DNA of 64,000 nucleotides from Patescibacteria group bacterium (GCA_024239055.1 JANBVJ010000001.1:297124-361123); one strand, 5' to 3'. Shown: positions 1-10,068, counted from the stretch's first letter. Notes: generated by a model not told the origin, from the letters alone. Numbers and translations are program-made.

Positions 1-756
1 CAGCAAGCCATCCACCGTCTACATAAAGAACAGTCCCCGTAACATATTGAGCTTCGTCTGAAGCAAGGAATATGACTGCTGCGGAAACCTCTTCTGGCTT
101 TCCCATGCGTTTTAATGGAATGCGTGAAAGCATAGCGTCCATTGCGGCTTTTGGCATTTTGGATGCAGCCACCATAGGAGTATCAATTGCTCCAGGAGCT
201 ATAACATTCACGGTAATACCAAGAGGAGCAAATTCAGAAGCTAAGGTCTCTGACATTCCGATAATCCCACCCTTGGAAGCTGTATAATGCGCGCCACCCG
301 CAAATCCTACTCCAACCTGCCCGGAAGCTACGGAGGAAATATTGATAATGCGTCCCCATTTGTGCTTTGCCATTTCTTTTGCCGACCGCTGGGCAACTAG
401 AAACTGACCCTTAAGATTAATATCAATCATGGTATCCCAGTCTTCTTCTGTTAACTCTATGGCAGGCTTTGGTATAAAGATACCAGCATTATTCACCAAG
501 ATATCAAGACGCCCAAACTCCTTTATTACCCTGTTAAACACCTCTTGTATCTCCCCCGACTTTAAAACATCCATCTTAAGAGCGAGTGCCTTCCCACCCT
601 TGGAGGTAATTTCATCTGCAACAGCCTCACACTCTTTTAGATTAATATCTGTTACAACAACCAATGCTCCCTGTTGAGCTAAGGCAATAGAATGAGCTTT
701 TCCCATTCCCTGTTTTGCTCCAGTAACTAGAGCAACTTTTCCCGTAAGTTCAAACA
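1..756 (-). CDS. Short-chain dehydrogenase/reductase (FabG-like SDR), partial (C-terminus beyond window start)
   Basis: Minus-strand translation from ATG at 754-756: MFELTGKVALVTGAKQGMGKAHS...NNAGI...YTASKGG...VNVIAPGAIDTPM. TGxxxGxG Rossmann motif, NNAG and YxxxK SDR catalytic motifs. ORF runs off the window edge with no stop, so it is absent from the ORF track. Confidence 0.8.
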
Positions 757-817
757 TGATTATTTAGGTTAATTATATGTATTATACGACGACCGTATAA
801 AAGAGACAACTTTTATT

Positions 818-2062
818 TTACTCATATCTCAAGGCTTCAATCGGACTCTTCTTTGATGCCTGGCGCGCAGGATAAATACCAAATACCAATCCTGCAAAGG
901 CAGCTACGGACATACCTAATATTGCCGCTGAAATCGGAAAAGTAAATGCCCAATCAAGATCAAGAACACTACTTAAAACAAGTGAAGTAATGAATGCAAG
1001 TAAACTCCCAAGAACAATACCAATAACACCTCCGATTACGGTAAGCAGTATGGATTCTAAAAGAAACTGAGTAAGAATGTCTTGATTAGTTGCGCCAAGT
1101 GCCTTTCTCAATCCAATTTCACGAGTACGCTCGGTAACAGAAACCAGCATAATATTCATCACTCCAACTCCACCGACAATAAGGGAAACAGCGGCCACTG
1201 AAGAAAGAAACAAAGCTAATATCTGAATAATGGTACTCACCTGATCCACCATACCCTGCTGGGTGACGACAAAGAAGTCATCTTTCTCAGGATCATCAAT
1301 ATTATGTAGCTGTCTTAAAGTTATCTCAATGTCTTGTTTTGTTCTGGGGACTACTTCAGCTGATTCCGCCTTTACAATAATCTCATGGTAGTGATCAATT
1401 CCAAGCAGGTAGGACTGGGCTGTTGTCGGAGGTATTAAAACAACCTCGTCAATATTCATAAACGCTGACTGACCTTTTTGAGGAAGTACTGCAACAACCC
1501 GAAAGTTCTTGTTCTTTATCTTTATATTCTCCCCTATTGCATTAACCTCGCCAAATAGCTCTTTGTCTACATCATATCCTATAACCGCAACCGCGGCTTT
1601 TTGTCGAATATCTATATCGTCAAAGAAGACTCCTTTTGCCGGATACACGTCAAACATCTCACCTAAAAACTCAGCTGACCATCCCATAATCATTGGACGG
1701 AATACCTCTCCTTGCCAGGATATGGATCCTGGGACAACAACAGCTGGAGCTACAGCAACAATACCTGGAACATTTGATTTCTTTTTTAGGGCTTCTACAT
1801 CCCGCTCTTTTAAGGAATCTGCAAACAAAGTGTCAGCAAAGTCACTGGGGCCTGTTGGTTCCTGCCCCGGACGAATCGCAATAGTTTCTACTCCCATTCC
1901 GCCAATCTGACTGACAATAAGATTTTCAGCCCCACTTCCTATAGACATAATAAGCATAATGGCGGTAATTCCAATCACAATACCCAAAATAGTAAGAGCA
2001 GACCTGGAGCCGTGCGCTTTTAGTCCAATAACAGAGATTTTAACAGTATGTGATATCTTCAT
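818..2062 (-). CDS. ABC transporter permease, MacB/FtsX family (N-terminal TM, large periplasmic core domain, C-terminal FtsX 4-TM)
   Basis: 414 aa. Architecture of a TM helix, a ~200 aa extracytoplasmic domain and C-terminal TM helices is typical of MacB-like permeases. 4-nt overlap with the upstream ATPase. Confidence 0.85.
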   Translation of the reverse strand: MKISHTVKISVIGLKAHGSRSALTILGIVIGITAIMLIMSIGSGAENLIVSQIGGMGVETIAIRPGQEPTGPSDFADTLFADSLKERDVEALKKKSNVPGIVAVAPAVVVPGSISWQGEVFRPMIMGWSAEFLGEMFDVYPAKGVFFDDIDIRQKAAVAVIGYDVDKELFGEVNAIGENIKIKNKNFRVVAVLPQKGQSAFMNIDEVVLIPPTTAQSYLLGIDHYHEIIVKAESAEVVPRTKQDIEITLRQLHNIDDPEKDDFFVVTQQGMVDQVSTIIQILALFLSSVAAVSLIVGGVGVMNIMLVSVTERTREIGLRKALGATNQDILTQFLLESILLTVIGGVIGIVLGSLLAFITSLVLSSVLDLDWAFTFPISAAILGMSVAAFAGLVFGIYPARQASKKSPIEALRYE

Positions 2063-2733
2063 GAGTTTATAATCTTTCCATCATAAAGACGAATAACACG
2101 CTTGGTGTATTCTCCAATAAAGGTCTCGTGAGTAATTAAAACCACGGTATGTCCTTGCTTATTCAACTTCTGTAAAATCTCCAGAATTGCCTTGCCTGAC
2201 TTTGAGTCCAAGTTCCCGGTAGGCTCGTCAGCAAAGATAATCTGAGGATTGTTCACCAAAGCACGAGCTATTGCTACCCTCTGCTTTTCCCCTCCGGATA
2301 ATTGGGAAGGCTCATGCTCCATTCTATGGGAAAGTTCAACACTCTCAATTGCGTTGACAACTTTCTCATTCCACTCGGCTTCCGGAATATCAGAATACAG
2401 CAAGGGAAGCTTCACATTGTCTAGAACAGAGGTACGGGGCAGGAGGTTAAATGCCTGGAATATAAAACCCAGCTTCTCGTTTCTCATATGAGCTAAGTCG
2501 GTTTCTGAGTATTCATCAATAGTTCTCCCGTCAAAGCGATACTCGCCATCTGTCTGATGATCCAAGAATCCCAGTATATGGAGTAATGTTGACTTTCCGG
2601 AACCGGAAGCCCCCATAATAGCAACAAACTCACCCTTCTTAATTTCAAAAGACACCCCTTGCAAGGCGGGTGTCTCCACTCCCTCGTCATTCTTATATAT
2701 TTTTGTTAGATTTTGTACTTCAAGGAGTGCCAT
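2059..2733 (-). CDS. ABC transporter ATP-binding protein (MacB/LolD-type)
   Basis: Walker A GASGSGKST, ABC signature LSGGEKQRVAIARAL, Walker B IIFADEPTGNLD, H-loop ITHE. Confidence 0.9.
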   Translation of the reverse strand: MALLEVQNLTKIYKNDEGVETPALQGVSFEIKKGEFVAIMGASGSGKSTLLHILGFLDHQTDGEYRFDGRTIDEYSETDLAHMRNEKLGFIFQAFNLLPRTSVLDNVKLPLLYSDIPEAEWNEKVVNAIESVELSHRMEHEPSQLSGGEKQRVAIARALVNNPQIIFADEPTGNLDSKSGKAILEILQKLNKQGHTVVLITHETFIGEYTKRVIRLYDGKIINS

Positions 2734-4307
2734 TATTCTTCAATGAAGACTACAACTTCATCCCCTTCCTGAATGCCAGAAATAATCTCAATAGTTCCTT
2801 CCGAGCCCCTCAGTCCAATCTCTACTGCCACTTCTTTTATCTTCCCATCTACAACAATTCTAACGATGCGTCTATCATCCCTTGAAATAACAGCTCTCTG
2901 AGGAACAAAGATAACGTCGATTGCGGTATCGGCAACAATATCGACGTTTGCGGTCATACCTGACTTGATACGCTCATCTGCCTCAACAAACTGCAATATA
3001 GTTTTGTAAACTGCTACCCCCTCAATTAAGGTACCAGCTAAATCCACTTGCTGAACTACAGCCTCAAACTTAACACTCCTTCCATATGCGTCTAATGTCA
3101 CACTAGCCTTGTTTCCCGTTGTTATCCTTGCAATATCGGCTTCCGGTATATTTACCTCAATCTCAAAGGCGGCTTCTGACAACAAAGAGACAACAGCCTC
3201 GTTTGCGACAACTATCTCACCTATCCTTGCTGTTTGCTTTGTAACAACTCCGGTAAATGGAGCTGAAAGAACTGTCTTTGAAAGTTGTGCCTGAATACTC
3301 TGTACACTTGCTTGTGCCAGTTTAACTTTGGCTTGTTGGGCCGTAATCTTCTCTGGAACTACACCAGCTTCCTTGAGAATCAAAGCTGCTTTTGTTGTTG
3401 CGATTGCATTCTCATTTGTCACTTTCTGTATTAAAATGTTTTGCTGAGTATTTGCAACAGCAGCAATCTCTGTATTTATACTGCTCTTTGCTGAACTTAA
3501 AATAGTTTTTTGTGCAGCACTAAAGTCACTAGTTATGGGAACCTTTTCCAGTGCTTGTTTAACCTTCTGGAGTGCCACTGCCATTTGGCTCAATGCGTTA
3601 TCAATATTTTCATATGTCGGATCCTGGACTGCCGCCTCAACCTGCCCATATACACCACCATCCAAAACGCTGATAGATTTACCTGACCACCATCCGCCAT
3701 TCTCTATGCCAAAAAGCGCCTGCATAGCAACGGCCTTGGCATCTGTAAATCGCAGATTATCCTGATCAACTCCCGTAAGATAAGTATACTGTATATCTGT
3801 CACATCCAGCAGAGCAATCTTAGCTTCACTGGCGGCTCCCTGAGCTACCAGGAGAGAACTACTATATATATCTCTGAGATCAGCCTCTGCTTTTCTTTCT
3901 GCATTTTCCAAATCAACCTGAGCTGCCTGAATCTCTTCAGATCGCGTACCCTTCTGCAATTCATCTAACTTTGCTTGTTCAAAATCAAGTTGTGCTTCTG
4001 ACTCAAGCAACTGAGCGGCAATATCACTATTTGTCAAAGAGACTAGCATTGTACCTCTTGCAACTTTATCTCCAATACTTACATTTATCCTTCCGACTGT
4101 TCCAGTCTTTTCAAAAGCCAAATTTACGTCTTCAGCTGACTGTACACGTCCGGTAATTGACACCTCATCTATCACATCCCCTCTCTGAACCTTTGCCAAT
4201 TCTGGAATAGGAGGAGAAGTTTGAGTAAGTAAAATTATTACTGCAGTAACAGTAATAACAATAATTAAAAAGATTATTACAAGTGGTTTTTTGAAGAATC
4301 CAAGCAT
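2733..4307 (-). CDS. Efflux transporter periplasmic adaptor subunit (HlyD/MacA family) with long coiled coil
   Basis: 524 aa. N-terminal TM anchor, extended coiled-coil region (LDFEQAKLDELQ...), beta-barrel/lipoyl-like C-terminal part. First gene of the adaptor-ATPase-permease operon. Confidence 0.75.
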   Translation of the reverse strand: MLGFFKKPLVIIFLIIVITVTAVIILLTQTSPPIPELAKVQRGDVIDEVSITGRVQSAEDVNLAFEKTGTVGRINVSIGDKVARGTMLVSLTNSDIAAQLLESEAQLDFEQAKLDELQKGTRSEEIQAAQVDLENAERKAEADLRDIYSSSLLVAQGAASEAKIALLDVTDIQYTYLTGVDQDNLRFTDAKAVAMQALFGIENGGWWSGKSISVLDGGVYGQVEAAVQDPTYENIDNALSQMAVALQKVKQALEKVPITSDFSAAQKTILSSAKSSINTEIAAVANTQQNILIQKVTNENAIATTKAALILKEAGVVPEKITAQQAKVKLAQASVQSIQAQLSKTVLSAPFTGVVTKQTARIGEIVVANEAVVSLLSEAAFEIEVNIPEADIARITTGNKASVTLDAYGRSVKFEAVVQQVDLAGTLIEGVAVYKTILQFVEADERIKSGMTANVDIVADTAIDVIFVPQRAVISRDDRRIVRIVVDGKIKEVAVEIGLRGSEGTIEIISGIQEGDEVVVFIEE

Positions 4308-4392
4308 TTCTATACAATTATATCACCAAATCAAGAAAAGATAAATGCCCCAGAATTGCTAAAATGTCTATTTTACGGTATAATGAAAGACT

Positions 4393-5586
4393 GTGAGACA
4401 TCTATCTTCACAATTTGTACTGCTGTACATGGCAGTGTTTGTTAACATTGTGGCTTTTACTATGGTTTTCCCGCTCTTGCCCATGTATGCAAGGACATTT
4501 GAGGTAAGCGACATGACTATTGGATTTCTAGCCGCTTCCTTTGCCTTAGCTGGATTTATTTTTGCGCCGCTTTGGGGTATATTATCTGACCGCTATGGAA
4601 GAAAAGCCATTATTGCAGGAGGATTGATTGGTATTGCAGGTAGCTTTTTTTTATTTGGAGCGGCAACCAACCTCTCCATTCTCTTTGTGGCAAGATTCCT
4701 CCAGGGAGTGTTTGCCGCGGCCACGCTTCCTGTAGCTCGTGCATATGTTGCTGATATTACAACAGCAGAAGACAGAGTTCGAGCCCTGGGACGACTGGGA
4801 GCGGCTCTATCTTTGGGAGTTATACTTGGACCTGCAATTGGAGGTATACTAGCTGAAACTTCCATCTCACTACCCTATTACGCAGCGGGCGCACTTGCTC
4901 TTTTAAACTTCATCTTCGTCGTCCTCTTTCTTCCAGAATCACTAAAGGAAAAAGTCATATCCTCTGTGCATATTGGCAAAGGATTCCTATTTCAAAACAC
5001 AAAACGAATCTGGCTTGGCCTGCGCGCCGAACTCGCCCCGCTGTTCATCCTCTCCTTTCTCTGGTCATTCGCCCTCTCAAATAATCAGGTTGCTGTTCCG
5101 CTTTTAGGAATAGACAAATTTAATCTAGACCCAGCACACGTTGGAATTTTATTTGTCGTCATGGGAGCGGTTTCAGTAATAGTTCAACTCTTCCTGCTTG
5201 TTCGTATTACCTCTTTGCTTGGAAAACACTTCACCATAGCCTGGGGTCTCCTTATTATGGGGGCTGGATTTCTTATAATGCCATTTCTTCCTACTGCGAC
5301 AATGTTCCTGTATCTAGCCGTTGCGATAGCCGCCTTTGGTTCTTCTATCTCTCGTCCTGTAATTACAGCCTTAATTTCAGAAGAAACAACAGAAGGACAA
5401 GGAGTCACTATGGGAACAGCCACCGCCTTTGAATCTTTAGGGCGCCTTATTGGACCTGTTTTAGGAGGGTTTCTCTTTGCTTACAGTATGGCTTTTCCAT
5501 TTATATTAGCCGCTGTTGTTGTAGTTGCAGTCCTTCTATTTATTCTATTCAAAACACCATTCCTTAGTTGGGGACATAGGTATTAA
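4393..5586 (+). CDS. MFS transporter
   Basis: 397 aa, 12 predicted TM segments. MFS motif A-like GRKAIIAG after TM2 and DRYGRK. Confidence 0.85.
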   Translation: MRHLSSQFVLLYMAVFVNIVAFTMVFPLLPMYARTFEVSDMTIGFLAASFALAGFIFAPLWGILSDRYGRKAIIAGGLIGIAGSFFLFGAATNLSILFVARFLQGVFAAATLPVARAYVADITTAEDRVRALGRLGAALSLGVILGPAIGGILAETSISLPYYAAGALALLNFIFVVLFLPESLKEKVISSVHIGKGFLFQNTKRIWLGLRAELAPLFILSFLWSFALSNNQVAVPLLGIDKFNLDPAHVGILFVVMGAVSVIVQLFLLVRITSLLGKHFTIAWGLLIMGAGFLIMPFLPTATMFLYLAVAIAAFGSSISRPVITALISEETTEGQGVTMGTATAFESLGRLIGPVLGGFLFAYSMAFPFILAAVVVVAVLLFILFKTPFLSWGHRY

Positions 5587-6296
5587 GCTAAGTCTATCTT
5601 CTTAAAACCCTCTGCGTATTGAAAACCAGACTTTTTACTGAACATTTTTGACCTCTCTCGCATACGCTGCGCAAAGTCATTCCCGCCAACCTGACTACGG
5701 TGTTGCTGTAAGGCCTCAATCTTTTTAGATATAGTTTTAGTAATATCCTCATAATGCTCTGCATCCTCAAAGGAAACCAGAAGAAGAGTCTTTACCTTAT
5801 GGGGTCCAATGCCCTCTTTCTCATGATGAGGAAAGTTTAACCTGTCTCGCGCCAAAGGAAAGACGGCATCAATTGCGGCTTGCCCTGCTGCCCTGTGGTC
5901 TGAGTGATTTACAAATCCTCTTTTAGTAGAATACAAAAACAAAGGATCTGTGGTAATAACCACGTCCGGCCTTACCTGGCGAATAATCTTGGAGATATCT
6001 TCTTTAAGCTTTAAATCCACAAACAACTCCCCATCCTTATGAGAAAGAAAGATAACATCTTTAACTCCTAATATCTTACCTGCATCCCTTTGCTCTTTCA
6101 TTCTAATCTTAGCCAACTTTGCAGATGTCATCTTTAAATCTTGAGACCCCTTACTTCCGTCTGTGCATACTAAAAGTGTAATCTCACTTCCCTTTGCTGA
6201 CCACTTAGCTAAAGTTCCAGCTGAACTAAAATCCACGTCATCTGGATGTGCAAATACGCAAAGTACCTTTTTTGGTGTTTTAATGTTTTTTGTCAT
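5583..6296 (-). CDS. PIG-L/LmbE family N-acetylglucosaminyl deacetylase
   Basis: VFAHPDDVDFSSAGT metal-binding motif (AHPDDE-like), HxDH motif (NHSDH) and size typical of the LmbE/MshB/BshB family. Confidence 0.8.
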   Translation of the reverse strand: MTKNIKTPKKVLCVFAHPDDVDFSSAGTLAKWSAKGSEITLLVCTDGSKGSQDLKMTSAKLAKIRMKEQRDAGKILGVKDVIFLSHKDGELFVDLKLKEDISKIIRQVRPDVVITTDPLFLYSTKRGFVNHSDHRAAGQAAIDAVFPLARDRLNFPHHEKEGIGPHKVKTLLLVSFEDAEHYEDITKTISKKIEALQQHRSQVGGNDFAQRMRERSKMFSKKSGFQYAEGFKKIDLA

Positions 6297-6299
6297 AGA

Positions 6300-7502
6300 T
6301 TATGCAAGTTCTACCTCAAGACCCAAAATATGCAGAGCCGTCTCCATAAAAGCCTTGGCTTGTGCAATATTGGTATCATTTTTATCCTTTAGAATCTTTT
6401 CAGAAAGCTCTTCTAATACCTTAAGTGCCGCAGGAGTATTTATATCATCATTTAAGGCTTGAAAAAAGCGTTTCTCGTATGAGGCAACAGATAAAACCTT
6501 TCCCTGACCTGATTGTTTCTTGAATACCCTTTTAAACGGTTCCGTTGTTTTTATTGCATTCTCCATAGCACTCTCAAGGCATTCACATACAGACCGGTAG
6601 TGATGAGAAAGCAAGAAAACCCGAACAACATTAGCTGAGTACTTCTTTTTCAAATCTGAAATGAACACCATGTTACCCAAGGACTTTGACATCTTCTCTC
6701 CCTTGTACTTTAACATACCAGCATGCATCCAGAATCTCACAAACTGTTTGTTGTTTGCGTTCTCCGATTGCGCAATCTCACTCTCATGATGAGGAAAGAT
6801 TAAATCTCCCCCTCCTCCATGAATATCTACGGTCTTGCCCAATAACTTTTCTGCCATGGCACTGCACTCAATATGCCATCCTGGCCTGCCTTGACACCAT
6901 GGGGATGACCATGAAGGCTCTCCACTCTTTTTTGCCTGCCACAAGACAAAATCCATAGGGTCTTTCTTATTAGGGTCATCAGGATTGTTACCCCTTTCAT
7001 TCGCAATAGAAAGCATCTTTGTTTTTGAAAACTTACTCAGCTTTCCATACTCTTTATCTTTTTCAACAGAAAAGTACACACTCCCCTCACTCTCATATGC
7101 AAATCCCTTTTTAATGAGCTTTTGAATAATTACTATCATCTCAGGTATATAGTCTGTTGCCCGCGGCATATGATCTGGAGATATATTATTCAACCACCTC
7201 TGATCCTCAAAAAAACCCTGTGCATTCTCCTCACCCAGTACCCTCCAGTTCTTCTTTAGTTCCTTTGCCTTTTTTAAGATCTCGTCATCAATATCAGTAA
7301 TGTTCTGAACATATGTCACGCTATAGCCAAGATATCTTAGATACCTAACTAAGACATCAAAAGAAGTATATAAAAAGGCATGCCCTAAATGTGTAACATC
7401 ATATGGAGTAATACCGCATACATAAATACCAACCTTATTATTAATTGAAGAAAATACCTTTTTCTTTCCAGTTTCTGTATTAAAGAGTTGAAGTCTACTC
7501 AT
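6300..7502 (-). CDS. cysS: Cysteine--tRNA ligase-like class I aaRS (CysRS; short form, 400 aa)
   Basis: HIGH motif (THLGHAF), zinc-site WHIECSAM, KMSKS (KMSKSLGN), DDINTPAAL helix. Collinear with E. coli CysRS but ~60 aa shorter at the C-terminus. Confidence 0.85.
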   Translation of the reverse strand: MSRLQLFNTETGKKKVFSSINNKVGIYVCGITPYDVTHLGHAFLYTSFDVLVRYLRYLGYSVTYVQNITDIDDEILKKAKELKKNWRVLGEENAQGFFEDQRWLNNISPDHMPRATDYIPEMIVIIQKLIKKGFAYESEGSVYFSVEKDKEYGKLSKFSKTKMLSIANERGNNPDDPNKKDPMDFVLWQAKKSGEPSWSSPWCQGRPGWHIECSAMAEKLLGKTVDIHGGGGDLIFPHHESEIAQSENANNKQFVRFWMHAGMLKYKGEKMSKSLGNMVFISDLKKKYSANVVRVFLLSHHYRSVCECLESAMENAIKTTEPFKRVFKKQSGQGKVLSVASYEKRFFQALNDDINTPAALKVLEELSEKILKDKNDTNIAQAKAFMETALHILGLEVELA

Positions 7503-7720
7503 AAGTTAACACTGTATACCTTATTCCTATCCTTAAATCCTTTTACTAATTTAACATTTACTTCTGGAATATTAAAATAAGAAGCGATAATCTCTTGTAC
7601 CGCCATATTTGCTGCACCCCTTATTGGTTTTGCTTTTACAGCAACCTTAAAACTATCTTCAGATTCTTTAGTAATCTCATTCTTTGAAGCATTTGAAGAA
7701 ACCTTAATCTTAATTAACAT
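7499..7720 (-). CDS. DUF167 (YggU/UPF0235) family protein
   Basis: 73 aa. KVSSNASKNEI ... KAKPIRGAANMAV ... VKLVKGFKDRNKV pattern matches the YggU family. Confidence 0.65.
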   Translation of the reverse strand: MLIKIKVSSNASKNEITKESEDSFKVAVKAKPIRGAANMAVQEIIASYFNIPEVNVKLVKGFKDRNKVYSVNL

Positions 7721-7732
7721 AGGAGTATTCTA

Positions 7733-7755
7733 ACAAAAAACCGCCAGGATGGCGA
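7733..7755 (-). terminator. Putative intrinsic terminator downstream of the MazG-like gene
   Basis: Hairpin cgccaggatggcg (7742-7754) followed on the minus strand by a T-run (A-run 7734-7740 on plus). Confidence 0.4.
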
Positions 7756-7780
7756 TTATTTTGTAATTATTCAGACTCAG

Positions 7781-8083
7781 TTATTTTTCTCCCTTAAGGA
7801 TTATTCTCTTTTCAAAACCACCTCTTTCTTTAAGTTTTTTACTTCTTATGTTTTCTACTTGTTGATATTCAGGGAGTCTTTTTAAAGCTTCAATTACCTC
7901 TAGAACATCGGCAAGTTCTTCTGGATCTAATTCTTCATAGAATTCTTTTATTTCCTCATCAAGTTTTTTAATAAGCTCAATCTTATATTCTTTATCTAAA
8001 GCTATTCTCTTTTCATATAGAACATTCTTCCCGTCCAGAATTTCAGGAATCTTGTCTCTCACTAATTTATTGTATTTTTCCAT
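7781..8083 (-). CDS. Small MazG-like nucleotide pyrophosphohydrolase (all-alpha NTP-PPase)
   Basis: 100 aa. N-terminal KLVRDKIPEI motif and acidic helical repeats typical of MazG/PRA-PH-like house-cleaning NTPases. Confidence 0.5.
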   Translation of the reverse strand: MEKYNKLVRDKIPEILDGKNVLYEKRIALDKEYKIELIKKLDEEIKEFYEELDPEELADVLEVIEALKRLPEYQQVENIRSKKLKERGGFEKRIILKGEK

Positions 8084-8158
8084 ATCTATATTTTATATCT
8101 TCTGTCAATTGCTGGGGGCACTAAACGAAGTTAGAACCTCTTTATTGCAAAAGAACCA

Positions 8159-9430
8159 CTACCCAAATGGAACAAAATCTTCCAAGCGATAACCATCTGG
8201 GATTTTCAGTTCAAAGAAATCCGAAGGAAGCTCATTTCTTTCAATAAATTTTCCTTCAATGATTATATTTGTATTTTTCTCTATTTCCCCCGTATGAATT
8301 ACTCCAGTAGGATTAACCTCGATTATTTCGGTATAAAGTATCTCGCGAATTGGAAGATAGGTCGCCGCACTCACGTAAATCCTAGTAAAATCAAGCTTGT
8401 AGATCGTATGTATCAAGACGTATACCTCCTGTCCATCTATAATTTCCGTCCCTTTCATCTCATACTGTTCGGATTGGAGTTGTTGCTGAAACATCTCAAA
8501 GGGATTAATAGATGCGTCCCTCCCGCCGGAAAGACCAAACTTTCCTTTCTGAGGATTTAGCCATTCTGCCCTTCTGTTCACCGGATCAAGCGCTAGCTCT
8601 TTACCGTTTTCCCCACTCGTAATATTAATCTCGATGGTAGAGGTACCCGCTGCATTATTCCGATCTTGTTCCCGCAGATTACCGGTAGAAAGTTCAGCCC
8701 AGCTCTCATATTTCGAACAACTATAATTAAAACACCCCGAGCTTCCAGGATCAATTGGGTCGGGATACCTTGCGATATAGATAACCTGAGGAGCTAACGG
8801 TTCCTGAGCGAAAATAACAGGAATAGGCATCCAACTCCCTTGCTGTCCCTGTATCTCCTCCCAGTACTCCAAACGCATAACTTCTGCAGCAGATACCATT
8901 GAATCTTTCAACTTTTCTGTTATCCGTTTCTCAATGTCGCTCCACTTTTGAATGAGTTCGGGAGTCTGACCAAACACCTCCTTTTCATCGTAAAACGTGT
9001 TATAGACTTCCCATTCTGCCTTTCGAATACGCTCAATTCTCTCTTCATTCCCCAAAACTCCTTGTTCTATATTTTTTTGATTAGATAAAAGAACAAAGAA
9101 TTCATATAGTTCTTCGTCAAAAGCATCCAACACATCGTAGGCCTCCTTACCTTGTCCCTGCTCCAGGAACATCTCTGCCTGATGTAGGGCTTCAATAAGC
9201 GAGCGCTGATTTGATTCTATCTTATCTAATTGCGGGGCGACTTCATCTACTGAAGGGCGGGCTGGGCTAGTCGTTTCTTCTTCAGTTGACTTCTTGGTAA
9301 TTTCAGGTATTTCTGGAATTTGTTTTGAAAAATAAAAATATAAACCACCGATTATTATTAATCCAGTAATGGCTGAGATAATAATTATGCCAACAAAGCT
9401 TTGTCCTTTATTACAAAAATTATTTTCCAT
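8159..9430 (-). CDS. Hypothetical membrane-anchored extracytoplasmic protein (C-terminal LolA-like/DUF4367-like beta domain suspected)
   Basis: 423 aa. Single N-terminal TM (GIIIISAITGLIIIGGLYFYF), then a large soluble domain. No catalytic motif recognised. Confidence 0.55.
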   Translation of the reverse strand: MENNFCNKGQSFVGIIIISAITGLIIIGGLYFYFSKQIPEIPEITKKSTEEETTSPARPSVDEVAPQLDKIESNQRSLIEALHQAEMFLEQGQGKEAYDVLDAFDEELYEFFVLLSNQKNIEQGVLGNEERIERIRKAEWEVYNTFYDEKEVFGQTPELIQKWSDIEKRITEKLKDSMVSAAEVMRLEYWEEIQGQQGSWMPIPVIFAQEPLAPQVIYIARYPDPIDPGSSGCFNYSCSKYESWAELSTGNLREQDRNNAAGTSTIEINITSGENGKELALDPVNRRAEWLNPQKGKFGLSGGRDASINPFEMFQQQLQSEQYEMKGTEIIDGQEVYVLIHTIYKLDFTRIYVSAATYLPIREILYTEIIEVNPTGVIHTGEIEKNTNIIIEGKFIERNELPSDFFELKIPDGYRLEDFVPFG

Positions 9431-9581
9431 ATTTCATTTTATCCAAGTATCACGAGTATGTAAACCCTCTAAAATTTGCTGGCCTCCTCGAGCTAGAACC
9501 AAGTATTTAATAAGGATTTTAGCTTAATTTTACCTTAACACAATGACGTTCTTTGAGCACCTTTGGTTTTTATAAACACCT

Positions 9582-10067
9582 CTAAGGATAGACAATCTCG
9601 CCGTCAAAAATCAGTTCCCCAAGATCCCAATTACTACTATTTGCCCAATTTCCACCTGTGTGAGTAAGTACTACGATCCACTCAGTTCTTATTTGTGCCC
9701 CAAAGCTATTTTGTGCATCCACATAAGACTCAATCATCCATTCACCGCCACCGAGTTCAACAGAATTGTAGTCAAGTAAAGGAAAATCAGCGGAAGCGGG
9801 AGACTTGAGAATAGATTCTATATATCCTTGTGCAGTAATAAACGCTTGTGAAGCACTAGCTTTTTCTTCCTGTTGTGGTGTTGAAGCATTACTATCTCCA
9901 CTCTGTTGTGGTGTTGGAGCATTACTATCTCCATTACCTGCAATCATACCAATTAAGATAAATAAAAATATACCACCGATAATTAGTAATCGTTTTGACA
10001 CTTTTCTTTTAGGATTGACAGACTTTGTTTCTTCGCTTTGATTTTCGGATGAAGTTATTTTAACCAT
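9582..10067 (-). CDS. Hypothetical membrane-anchored protein with tandem 11-aa repeat
   Basis: 161 aa. N-terminal TM (LLIIGGIFLFILIGMIAG), then GDSNAPTPQQS/GDSNASTPQQE repeat, then a small globular domain. Confidence 0.5.
   Translation of the reverse strand: MVKITSSENQSEETKSVNPKRKVSKRLLIIGGIFLFILIGMIAGNGDSNAPTPQQSGDSNASTPQQEEKASASQAFITAQGYIESILKSPASADFPLLDYNSVELGGGEWMIESYVDAQNSFGAQIRTEWIVVLTHTGGNWANSSNWDLGELIFDGEIVYP
9871..9936. repeat. 33-bp tandem direct repeat x2 inside the CDS (encodes the 11-aa repeat)
   Basis: tgttgtggtgttgaagcattactatctccactc followed by tgttgtggtgttggagcattactatctccatta (3 mismatches). Confidence 0.8.
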
Positions 10068-10068
10068 A

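Noticed and set aside
757-817. Imperfect palindrome tatacg-acgac-cgtata between the SDR gene start and the permease gene end
   Set aside because: Only 6-bp arms. It could be an operator or a weak terminator, but there is no supporting T-run and no partner regulator gene, so it is too weak to call.
1509-1910. 133-aa plus-strand ORF (and 1693..1884) inside the MacB-like permease gene
   Set aside because: Antisense shadow ORF entirely within a well-supported minus-strand CDS. Low-complexity Ser/Pro-rich translation with no motif.
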